From assembly GCA_951804945.1 (NCBI GenBank), contig OX638149.1:94736001-94800000 (forward strand): a DNA stretch of 64,000 bases. Direction: 5' to 3'. Source of the DNA: Podarcis cretensis (lineage: Eukaryota). The position numbers were made by a program, and so were the translations under genes. Shown here in pieces: positions 37,086-49,072 of the stretch. A model generated the notes under the pieces. The model searched no databases, was not told the DNA's origin, and saw nothing but the letters and a program-made list of their open reading frames with translations. Within the stretch, counting starts at the first letter, position 1. Each line of letters starts with the position of its first letter.

Positions 37086-38124
37086 GAAGTTAGAAGTAGA
37101 TGCGTGAGAGTATACAGATTAGCTTACTGTACAAATTTAACATTTATGTTCATTGCTTCATCCAATTTTGTCAGTTTTGGCCCCGTGAAGGTTTCCCACA
37201 AGGGAATGGGAACCTCGAGCTGAAAAATGTTTTCTACCTCAGTAGTGTACAACGTTATTAAAAAGGGTAAGTGATGAATTTTTAATGGACAAGACTTACG
37301 TAACGATTAAAAGAAAAGGTGGGGATCTCTGGCATGCTACATGTCCAACAGTTTCAGAAATGTATGTGAAACAGCAAGCAACACCTCTGTCCTCATCTGC
37401 TGACATTTATAAGGCAATAGCCACGAACACAAAAAATAATCATCAACAACTTTGTGCAGTTCTAGGCAATTATCGATTTATTAGGGAAAGGACAAAATCA
37501 CTAGTTCACAGGGAGGAAAAATGTGGACCTTAAGTCAAGAAATTAATTTCCCTTCTTGTTTTTCCAGTAAAATAAAAGTCTGAGATCACAGTTGGATCCC
37601 ATTCATGAGACTGTCCCAAGAAAAGTAGACAATCCACTTTGATTTTTTCACACATATAATTGTTTTCAAAAGTCACAGTACAATTACTAAACATTACGTA
37701 GTCTATTCTGTCCTGTGCAGTCACAAAACCTAGAGAACCTTGCAGCTGAGCAATCATAGCCTCTGTTTCCCCCTATCTGAATGTGCACACACACAACTAT
37801 AGCTCCAATGCTTTTCTCCAAGCTATCGCATGCCTTGTCATGAGGAATGCCAAGGGCTCCACAACCATAGGTTGTTAATGCTAAGTTATTACAGAGGTGA
37901 CACTAGGGTGAGGACAAGCATGCTAAAGGCTGGAATGCCAGAATGGGATAGAATCTGGCTTACAGGAAGGAATGCATAAAGGCACCTGGATTCCATTTTC
38001 AAGTTCTCCATGAGTGCTCTGAAATCTAGGTAAAAGATTGCTACCCTCCACCCACCAGCTGCTAACTGAAAAATTCAGTGCATTACCCACACCTGAGAAA
38101 GAAAAATATTTTCATCCATAAGCC

Positions 38125-38450
38125 TAAAGGTAAAGGTAAAGGGACCCCTGACCGTTAGGTCCAGTCGTGACCGACTCTGGGGTTGCGGCGCTCATCTCGC
38201 TTCTGGGTCATGTGGCCAGCATGACTAAGCTGCTTCTGGTGAACCAGAGCAGCACACGGAAACTCTGTTTACCTTCCCGCCGGAGTGGTACCTATTTATC
38301 TACTTGCACTTCATGCTTTCGAACTGCTAGGTTGGCAGGAGCAGGGACCAAGCAATGGGAGTTCACCCCGCTGCGGGGATTCAAACCGCCAACCTTCCAA
38401 TCGGCAAGTCCTAGTCTCTGTGGTTTAACCCACAGTGCCACCCACGTCCC
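38125..38450 (-). mobile_element. Older Sauria SINE of a different subfamily with an internal deletion (copy D)
   Basis: (AAAGGT)n tail on the + strand, ctatttatctacttgcac..gctttcgaactgctaggttggcagg core, GGGACGTGGGTGGCACTGTGG head; no clear TSD. Confidence 0.9.
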
Positions 38451-39147
38451 TATCTGCACCCTACCTGCACCCTAGGACCTTCAATGGATGAAATATCAGT
38501 AATATATTTGTATATTGTATATTTTTCCTGGTATTGAGAAATGTTCCCTATTGCCATTAGAAGCAACAACATAAATGGGTGTAGATGTGTAAAATCAACA
38601 CTGTATGATATCCACAATCAGGACCAGAAAGAAAAATGTAGCTGACCTCCTTTAGTAAGCATAGTGACACACTCAGTGAAGATGGGAGCAGGGCGTGGGT
38701 TGATTTAATCTTGGCCATTCCCTGCCTAAAACAACAAAGAATTCGGGGATTCTCTACATGTGTTAAGATAAAATATAAACCCACAAGGACTCTTGATAGT
38801 GAAGCTCCCTGTGACGACTTATTCCCTCACCTAGGTGTAAATTAAAGATGGGGCATGATGGAAATGAAAACTGTACTTTTATTAAGTAGCACTCAAAGAG
38901 GGATAAAAAGCATGGAAGTGTCACAATTAAAAGCACAGTACTTATTTTCTGTCAAAAATGCTGTTTCAGGTTGAAAGAATAACTTTACTTTTAATTATCC
39001 ACAACAGAAGTGTTTCTATCAAAATTATCTCCTCCTAGAAAGGAGCTTTCCACTTTTACTCTTCCTGTAAAAGCACCTCTATCCCCTTTTGGGGACCTTT
39101 TCCTCAGGAAATTAAACAGGTTTATCCTGCCTACCAAATCTCTAAGC

Positions 39148-39283
39148 CAGTGTTTCCCAACCTTGGGCCTCCAGCTGTTTTTGAACTACAATTCCCATCA
39201 TCCCTGACCACTGGTCTTGCTAGCTACGGATGATGGGAGTTGTAGTCCAAAAACAGCTGGAGGCTGGTTGGCCGTTTCTCCTG
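39148..39283. mobile_element. hAT MITE, palindromic
   Basis: cctccagctgtttttgaactacaattcccatcatcc / ggatgatgggagttgtagtccaaaaacagctggagg arms; same loop as 6382-6517. Confidence 0.8.
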
Positions 39284-42200
39284 CCTGTCTTAATTTGGTT
39301 AAGGATGAGAGGATGAGAGACCATCACAAGCACACAGTTGTTGCGGGTGTTGTTTGTTTGTTGTGGCCACAACTCCCACCCCAAATCAGATATTTTGGGA
39401 CAAGCACTCCCACCATCACAATATTCATAATACGCCCACTGTTCCAAACAGACTGACAACCCCTGAACTAGACATTTTTTAAATAGCAGATTATTCCCTC
39501 ACAGTAGCTCATTAGATAACCCTGTCTTCAAGCAAAGCTACATTAACTATAATAACAATGCTGAATATGGCACAACATCCACGCAAAAAGATAAAAAAAT
39601 ACAGATGCACAACATAATCCTTTCTAAAAAGAACACAGATCCTTACAAATTCTCACACTATGAGCCATAATCTTTCTAATACTGAGACAAGCTGAGCGCA
39701 TTTCAAGCATTTTCTGTCAGGAAACTGCAGCCCAGCCCCACTGCCTTCACACCCTCCCCTCACTTTCAGCCTCTCTACATGCAGAAATAAAGGCCGGAAA
39801 CAAAAAGATTAAGTCATAACTAGCTGCTCTCACCATAAATTTGTGGCAGGAGGTAAATGTGTACCGCCGGCTTCCTACATAGCTGTTTGATTACATTAGG
39901 TTTCCTTTGCCCCAGTCAGAAAAAGAGGTGAAAGACGGAACTTAGATGCAGCCACTGTTTACAGCTTAAATTTATTATTTATTATTATAATAATTACTAT
40001 AATTACTATCATTATTATAGTTCATTCCACAGCACTGCAATGTGGATTTTTGCTACTGTTTTGTATTGTATTGTACTGTTTTGTATTGTAAGTCCCTGCT
40101 TGGCCCAAACATACATTAGAAAACTCGGCAAAAATGTTGCTAGAAATTTTATTATCCTGGTTACTTTACACCCACAAGGTAGGACAACTAGTTGCAAAAG
40201 GGACAAGAATACCTCTACCTTTAACAATGGGAAAGACAAAAGCATTTCAGCTGATTTAGCTTCACTCACCTCTGTATGACAAGCTGCATGCAGCTTTCAA
40301 AAATTTCCCACTTCCACACAACTGTAAGGGTACAGGAGGAGCCTTAGCTTGCCTTGGCTTATTGAGAGAGCCAGCGTAATCTGCTCAGCTGCAGAGCACA
40401 AAGGAATCAAGTGCTCTGAGATTAGAAGATATCTGGAGGGGTGGCCCATCCCATTTAGCTACCAAAGGCAAAACAGGAAATGCTGCCCTCTGCTCCCCCA
40501 CTGCATCCCCCCACTTTTGACAGTCACACCTCAGTTCTTGTTGAGCTTGATGGGTGTCAGGGTGCCCCTCAGAGCATTGCTGCCCACTAGGCTTCTCTGC
40601 CCATGGGTAGGGGAGACGAACAGCAACACTGCACATCTCCCCCTTGGTGGTGGAGCGATGCCTTTTGCACTTCTGCCATCTGAGGTGGGCACTTCATCCT
40701 GCCTCATGGGTGTGCCATCTCTACTAATCTGACACTCCACCCTCTGACTCTTAAAGCAGCATCCGTTCCCCAATTAGGATTGCCAGTAAATATATCATTC
40801 TTAAAAGGTGCGCTTTTAAACATTTGCCTCATAAAAAGGACCCCGATACTACACATTGTATCTCTTTTGAGGCATACCAAACACCCATCTTCTCTCTGCC
40901 ACAATCCCTTCTTAGCACACTTCTTTATGCTAATCAGCCGAACAATTAAGTGTTGCACTACTTTAGGTAAGGTCAAATGACTGCCACCTGGTGCATTGTC
41001 TGCCTAAGCTCTATTTTGTACAGCTCTACTAGGATTAGTAACAAGGAAAGGCTCCCCTCGCAAAACTTGTGTGGTTTATTGCAGCGCAACCTCAAGAAAG
41101 CCACCTTCTTTCCCTCCCTCTGGACTGCAATATAAAATTTAATTAAGAACATTTACTACTAGAGTTGCCAAGCTAAAACCTGGAGACTTGTCTTTTATCT
41201 ATAAAACTGCTGCTGAATCAAGGGACACAACAATCTCTCAATTATTTTTCCTCAGCTCTTCAACATGCTAGATTCATACATGGATTTAGAAGGATAGGAA
41301 GAATCTCCAAGTTGCAACACTATTAACCACTTCAGAGGTTTTTATGGAGTTATAGCAGAAGAATTTACAACTTGCTTTCGAGTAACATGTCTGTAAGGAA
41401 GGTGCAACGCCATAACACATCCTGCCAGTGTTAGGGTGACAGGCTTGTGAAAATATAGATTTATTTATTTTTTTTTAAATTAAGTATATAGCTGACAAGT
41501 AATAATAAAAGTTGTAGGAAGGGCCTTGAAAGCATGTTTTCACCCATGTTTGTAAAAACTCAGAATGCAGCAAGTAAGTAGTCTTTGGTGCAATTTCAGG
41601 GCCCCTTGTTAGGAATCGACCATTATACATACAGATGTATGCACTGTATTATAATCTTTCTAAGAATCTAGTGGTCTCGTGCACAGACCCCATCACTCTT
41701 CAGAGAGCAGAATTGTAGTCTAGGAATGCAGCTATACATACCTGTCAATTCCGTGCTTTGGCAGAGACACAGCTGATTTTAAAAGTAGCCTGGTGAAGTC
41801 TATCAGGCGCCACCACTCTTTTCATCTCCAATTTTCAATTTTAGATACCATTTTTTAACATTGCTGCACATGCACAGACTTTTTTAAACAAGAAAATAAA
41901 TGTAGGTAAACAAAGGTGGTTATACCCAATGGGGCTGAAGAACAACAGAACTCATTCTCTGTTTTTCTAACTGGAAACTGTGGCAGGTATGGCTACACTA
42001 CCCATGGCTTCCTAAAGAACGTATTTTCTTGCTCAATCTTATGTTGTAATTGTATTCCCTGGGAGTAAGTTTTATTGAACTTGAGGACTTACTTCTGAGT
42101 AGACAATGACATGCGTAAGAACTCCACTATTAATATCTCTATGCCAAGCCTGAAGTGGTTAAGATATTGCTGGATTTTTAAGTGCAAATTACATGTATGT

Positions 42201-42315
42201 ATTAATGTTGATTAAACCAGAGTTCTACATAAAGGGCAAATTATATCCACTGAAACTAATGGGCCTACTTAGTCATGTTCATTCATTTCAGTGGGTCTAT
42301 TCCAAATAAAACTTA

Positions 42316-42594
42316 GGGCTCATCCACACTTAACTTTGCTCCATGTTTCTAGGCACAGGTCTGGGCTTTCCATGTCTGCGTCCAAGCACTTTTCCCCACT
42401 ACTTCCCCCATGAAAGCAAACAGCAAGTCACAGAAAACCTGAATGGCTGTTTGCTCCAATTCAGTGGTGCAGATTGGGTTTCCTGGGGAAAGTGGCAGGG
42501 CAAAAAGAAAAAGAAAAAGCTCTTGGACAAGGACTGGGAAAGTGTGGACCTGTGCCTGGGAAGCACAGGGCAAAAGGTAAGTGGGGGTGAGCCT
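42316..42594. mobile_element. PIF/Harbinger MITE with TTA TSD
   Basis: TTA|GGGCTCATCCACACTT...AAGTGGGGGTGAGCCT|TTA; inner inverted pair aggcacaggtc / gacctgtgcct; shares gggtttcctggggaaagtggcag with the 4.9 kb element. Confidence 0.75.
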
Positions 42595-43484
42595 TTAGCT
42601 GAATACTACCCAGCTGAATAGTACTGTAAATGAATTTTAAACCAGGACATCCTTGCATGCCTAATCTGAAACAGCAGATTAGGAAGTAGCAAATCAAGCA
42701 TTGACCAAAGAGGAGGAAAAAAGTACAGCTGCTAGCTTTAAAATAATTTTTAAAAGAGCAGATAAAATGTGAAGCACACTGCACATTTTAAAGACAATGT
42801 TCTATATTCAAGAGCTATTTTATAAAAGCAGAATGGAAATTGAAACAAGTGGGAGATCCATATGGTAAGCAGAACATGAGAATCCAGAGGGAAGTGAGGA
42901 GGGAGTCGTAGGCATTTGTGGTGGCAAATACTCCAGCTGCATCAGAAACATATGTTATGATTCTACACCATGACAGAAGGAGGTAACAATCTGTAGATGT
43001 TACAGGGCAATTTAAGTCTTAGTGATTATGCCGGATGTCCCATCTTATAATACATAGAATTTATTCTTAACTACGGAAAGGCCCATTGAATACACACTTC
43101 TGGTGGTGGTTCTGTGTAGCTTCAGTCCTCCTTCTCCCAATACCATTTACCAGTTCCAGACTGCCTCCCTTCATGCTGTCTTTCCCAAGCAAACACATGA
43201 GTTTCATGCAGGAACATGGGAAACTTTGCATTGGTTCCCTATCTCTCACCACAAAGTTAGATGTCATTTGAGATAGGATGGAAAATAGGCAACATTCCTT
43301 CAGTGCATTAATTTCTGTTTGTTGGTTACAGCAGCTATCTTGCTATCATTATGGTAGATTACTGTCATTATAATTTTTACAGACCAGAAACTGAACTTTA
43401 GGGTGCTTCTGGACTAAGCAAGGTGCATGATTTCTCAAAAGTAAGGCCACAGAGATCAGTGTGATTACCGTAACTATAAAGCGA

Positions 43485-43815
43485 GAGTGGGAGAATCTCA
43501 ATTTCAGGTTATCTCATTTTCCAGTCTTTGCATTAAAAAAAAAAAATCCTCACGAAAATTTATCAGCATTTTATTGTGAGTTTCCCCTAATACACATTTT
43601 TCTATGCAATTTGCCCTGATATCACATTTTTGCAAAACAATTTCCCCTAATTCAATGCAATTTTGTATATTATTTCCACTAATATATGCCACTTTACGGC
43701 GATTATAAACATTTCTGTGCATATTGCTTCGCCGGAGAACTGCATTGCAAAATTCAAAGAAGTGTGAATTTCAAAAGATGGCTGTGTGGAAACAAACTGA
43801 ATTTCTCCTCCATCA
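43485..43815. mobile_element. Non-autonomous squamate DNA transposon remnant with internal AT-rich subrepeats
   Basis: Repeated units such as caatttcccctaat / cacattttt, ending ...tgaatttctcctccatc. Confidence 0.5.
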
Positions 43816-46800
43816 GGTACATGTTTTCTAAGTGGCAATTCCACTCACACTTATTTTGAAGTAAGCCCTGGAGAACCTATTCCAAGTAAATGTGCAGAGA
43901 ATTGGCCCATAGGTTCCTCAGCATAGTAGCTGAAAACCTGGTAGTAAAATAGGCAATATCTTAAAGAAATAGTACCTGTCATGACAGCAGTTTGGGAGCT
44001 ATTGCTAGAATGGTAGAAATGAACTAAAAGCAAGCATCACAGTTGACCTGACTTGTACAGGCATATAAAACCATCAAACACCAGTTTTATATCTCTTTAA
44101 CCATCAGTCTCTCTCCCAAAGTCTACTGGAAATTGTTAGTTGAGTGAAATGCGAGGTTTCCTAGGACAAGGGAATGACTATGAAACTAGCTTTAGTCTCT
44201 TGTGCAGATATGCTTTGGATGCCTACTTAAGGCTCTTTGGCTCAAAAATAATGCTAAGTGTTGTAAACTGCACCCTTAACTAATATACTGCAATTTCAGC
44301 AGATGTAGCTTGCACAACCACTAGTAAAGGTGCAGGGATCCTGTCTCTTCATCAGCTGCCTTCCCTAGACAGACTGGACATTTGCAGGGCTGCATGAGTC
44401 CCAAAGTATGTGACAAACCAAATTCTCCAGTGGATAGGCCAGCTGGTTTCACAGTGAGTACACATGCAGGTGCGATAAAGGATAGGAGTGAAAAGGATAA
44501 AACTAACCTACAGACTCTTTACCTCTCCACAGGCACTCTCTCTTTTCTCCCAGCCAAAAACACTTCCTGTACTAAAGCTGTGCATGAAACATTTCAGGGA
44601 GGATTCTACTCTCCTCACCCATGTTGCTTTAAAAAATGCATCTCCTGCTTCTTCTCCCTCCAAGGATTGGGATATATTAATGTATAAACGCTCAGATTTG
44701 TTGCCTTCCCATATAGTTCTGTCCTGACAGCTGGGTAGGGAGGGATGCAAACTGAGAACATTTAAATTCCAACTGCACTATGTTAAGCCCAGTTGTTGTA
44801 TACAAACATGTAATGTCTGCAACTGCAAGCATCTCACTGCCATTTTTCATTATTGTAGAGAAAACTCACAAAGCAGGAACAACCTAAGTTTTGCTAAATC
44901 TCCTTATTATAACGGCACCCACCTAGAAAATATACCGTAATCCAACACCTTATGAAATCAACAATGATTTTACCATAAATGTCTTGTTGTCTGAATATCT
45001 GATTTTAGAGAACTAACCCTCAAATCTTTTACTTGGAGTCTTACAGCAATTCTGTAATTCACCCAATATGTCTACTTGCACTTACCTCCATGTGCCATTA
45101 CCCAGTTCATCTTGGAAAAAAGATTCTTTGTCAGGATATTGTGTGATCTCAGCTATATTTAAGAAAAGGGGAAGGTTCCTGAAGAAACTTGAAGTTCCCT
45201 ATGTTTAAAGAGCTAATTTCATTTCCAACAGTTCTTGTAAGGTACATATATTCAAAACAAGTCAATGCCAGGCAGATAACAGCACAGCAGGAGGACCAGT
45301 CTTTCTTGAACAAACTGAAATTTGCCACTGAGTATAGACTTGTTTTCAGCCTTGTAGTCAATGACTGTAAGCTCCATAAACTGCTTTAATAATAGCACCA
45401 CTAAGCTCTTAAATAGCACTTTCTACCCAACCCAGGGCCTTAAAGCCCTTTACACACAATAATGGATTAAACCTCTCAATGCCAGTTGAAAGCATGCAGG
45501 GGGGAGGCATTGCAACCTGCATTTCAAAGATATGGAAACCATGGGCAAGCTGAGCTCTAGCATCACACTAGGGTACCCAAGTAAAAATGAAGGCATCTTT
45601 AACTGCTGATAGCCTTTAGGTAAGTATATTTGTTCCTTTGTGCATAAAGATGTTTCTGTTTGCTCTATAGGACTTAAGAGATCACATGGAACCAATTTGA
45701 GATGCCCATGGACACATTCTGGAGCAACATCTGGAAGGCTGGAAGTGCATTTCTACCTATATCTGATCTCACTGGAACTAAGCCTAAGGTATGTCATGCT
45801 CATCTGATAGCTATATGCAGGTAACCAGGTCAGGAGGCTGGGTCACAGCACTGAAATAGTATCTAAGACCAATTGCTCAAGGTCATCACCACCTTTTTTG
45901 ATCAAGGCAAGGCTCCCACCATCTCTGTATAGAACTGTTGCCTCACCTCCTTTCAAATAAGTCATCCTAACCAGTTTCCATATTAGAAAGCATACTAGGT
46001 TGTGACTACTGGCTACCCACCTACCAAGTGTCATTCTCCACTAGAATAGTTGTACTTACGATGCTGCCAAGTTTGACAGACAATTCACAAGGACAAGTTT
46101 CTCCACATAAACATGTATACAGTACAGGCAACTCGCATCATAACATGAGGGCTTGGTTCCAAGAATTGTGCTGATAGGTGTAACTTGTGTATAGCCAGAA
46201 TTACTCTAGCAGCTGCCCCACAGTGAGCTAGCTTGCCTTCTATAAGACAATCTCCTCACCCTAACTCTAAAACTAGGAAGGGCTTGAAGCAGGAAGAGTA
46301 GTGACCACTTCCGTGCAGGAGAAGTCTCAGGTTGTAGGCACACAACCATCAGGGGAGGGTATATAAGCTGGCAGGTGGGGTGGGGTCTCACTGTTACTAC
46401 AATTGCTCCACAGGGTGCAGATCTGTGGTGGACTGTTGCTTAGTGGCATGTGTGCAGGTGTGCATCCCAAGCACTGCCAGAGTTGCTGCAAGCGCTTCTT
46501 TTGTCAGTAAAGACTTAACTATCAGACATGTGCCTTCCGTAGCTGGGGTGGGCCAGGGCAATACATCTCCTCCAGGCAAGCAAAGAGGGCATGGAGCAAG
46601 CCAGTGAGGGAGGTGGCCCAGGTAGTCCCAATAACCTGCCTTGGATTAACAGAGTGTTTTCCATAGGTTCTGCCCCTAGATGCACATACTACATCCTTTT
46701 ATCACTGGGCTCCCCATCCCCATCCTGCTGGGTTTAAGGGACTTCTCAACCCAAATTCACCAGCAGCAGCACACAATTTCTGGCTATGTACAGAGATTGA

Positions 46801-47809
46801 AAGCTCCCATATCAACCCACCCTAATTCATCTCTACTTCAATTAATTTGTTATCTGATTTGCAAAGAATACATCTGTCTAATTAAGAACTCCATATATGT
46901 TAGTACAATAAGTTTTAACTTCACAAGTTGTAAGTAACTAGCAAGGTTGGCCCCCAAAGAGTTTTGAATCTGTTTTATATCCTTCCTTCATTCTGTGGGC
47001 CCAGTGCATTCTTTTCACCAAAGGGTCACCATTCAAGTAAGGCAGGGCTTCTCAAAGGCTTTAAACAACAAAAGCGATGTCCAGATGTTTCCAGTAAAGC
47101 CATAGGTTAGATGTAGCAGGGCAGATTGTTCAGAAGCAACATTAAAAGGGCCTCTTCTGTTCTTTCGAATTTTGGATTCTGGATGTGACAGACAACACAT
47201 AAGATGAGCTTTGTTCTGATAAAGTGGGGGATACAGATACATAAGGATGATAAAAGAGTGCAAGGAATAGATTTGGAATGCTTGGGTTTTGCAATCTGAA
47301 GCTTTTCTAGACAGCTGCTGAACAGAGTTAAGTCCCTGATACTGGTGAAATTTAACATTTTACAAAATAATCGTGACTGTGGTTTTCCGCACTCCACTAC
47401 AGAAAGATGGGTTACAAGTGCCATTCTGAGTTTTTGGATTGTGAAACCAATTTAAATGGGATTGTTTCACTTTATTCAACTGGATTTTCACTACATTTCA
47501 CTCCCAAATCAAAATTCTAAATCCCAGAAACCCAGTTTCCACAATCAGAGCAAAGTTGTGCTCATTGTTATGCATTGTTAGAAGATTTCATTTTTGAAAT
47601 GAAATTTCATTTTCATTTTTGCTTATTTATTTAGCAACAGCAGTAATTTTGACTTTCATATATATTCCAAAATTAGTTGAAAGGCAGGGTAGGTAGCAAG
47701 GAGGCAGAGATAATTGGAGACACACACAGGGAATACTAACAGACGAAGGGAAAGTTTGCAGTGCCCTATTGCCCTACTGGCCAATAATGCCATAAGCTAA
47801 TGCCAGAGG

Positions 47810-48027
47810 TGGGATTCAAGATGACCTTAACAGATTGGAGAACTGGGCCAAAACTAACAAAATGAATTTCAGCTGGGATAAATGTAAGGTTCTACACTTA
47901 GGCAGAAAGAAACAGCTGCATAAATATAAGATGGGGGCATCTGGCTTGCCAGCAGTACATGTGAAAAGGCTCTAGGGTTCTTTGTAGACCACATGCCTAA
48001 CCAGTGTAATGCAGCAGCAAAAAAAGT
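47810..48027 (+). mobile_element. CR1 LINE reverse transcriptase fragment
   Basis: IQDDLNRLENWAKTNKMNFSWDKCKVLHLGRKKQLHKYKMG...SSTCEKALG..VDH...QCNAAAKK, typical of CR1 ORF2; frameshifted. Confidence 0.9.
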
Positions 48028-48559
48028 TCACATGTGCTTCAACCCCTTTTTGACTTATTGTTGATTTTAATTTTCTTTTGAATTTTTTTATTCTTGTTTT
48101 TAAATGTTTTTATTGCTAATTTAAATGTTACATTCTTTTTGTAAAATACTTAGAGGGTTTTTTTAACAGTCAAGTGGTATATAAATCTTGCTAAATAAAT
48201 AAACTGGACTCTGGACATACAGACACAGTGAGCAGAGTCTGGACACACACTAAGTCGCTTCCTGCTCTTCCTTGAAGGTTCGAAGGTGAAAGATTCTACC
48301 ACTATCTCAGGCTGTTTTTCACACAACTAAACTGCTCTTATGACAAGTAAATGTTTAATATCCACTGTGAGCCTTTCGTCCCGCAGCTTAAGCCAATTTG
48401 CTTGTTGTCTTTTCCATAGCAGAAAGAGTAAACAAAAGCTTTCCCCCTCTTCTTCCTAACACCCTTTTTCATGTTAGATAACTGTCAACATCTCCATTCA
48501 ATCTTTTTGGTCATAGGAAAAGCTCCACGCTTCCTGCAACTCCTCCCCACTTGCCCTCT

Positions 48560-48701
48560 AGACATGTCTTCTTCAACCTGGTGCCCACTCCAGATGTTGT
48601 TGGACTCCAGCTCCCATCAGCCCCTGCCAACATGGCCAATGGTCAGGGATGATAAGAGCTGTAGTTCAAAACACCTTGAGGGCATCAGGTTGGAGAAGAC
48701 T
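48560..48701. mobile_element. hAT MITE (old copy)
   Basis: aacctggtgccc..ccagatgttgttggactccagctcccatcagccc...gggatgat..tgtagttc..gggcatcaggtt. Confidence 0.7.
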
Positions 48702-48992
48702 GCTTGTCATTCCTCTGGGTCTCCACTGAATTCTTTCCCATTTGTCAACCATCCTTCTTGAATTGTGATGCCTAGTTTTAATTTGTCTAGTTATCAAATA
48801 AAATCCTGCTTGATAGGATACTGAAATATAGTGAAAGTAAAACTACAGAATATGTCTTCAATATTATATAATTTGCATTGAAATTATGTTACCTTTTAAT
48901 AGAAAAATATTTTAAAATAAATATCAAGATGCATATTTACTAGAGAACCACCTTGTCATGTCATATGACAATTTTAACTTTTAGATCAATGG

Positions 48993-49072
48993 ACAGCACA
49001 ATCCTATGCATGTTTTACCCAGCAAAGTCAATGAGTTTTACTCCCTACTAAGTGTGTTTAGGGTCGCAGCCA
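48993..49072. mobile_element. Short palindromic squamate interspersed repeat
   Basis: caatcctatgcatgttttac...ttactccctactaagtgtgtttagggtcgcagcc; similar copies at about 42035-42125, 54505-54585 and 54870-54910. Confidence 0.55.

Noticed and set aside
42570-42582. Plus-strand AAG|gtaagt donor suggesting an antisense transcript
   Set aside because: It lies in the terminal inverted repeat of a Harbinger-type MITE; no other support.
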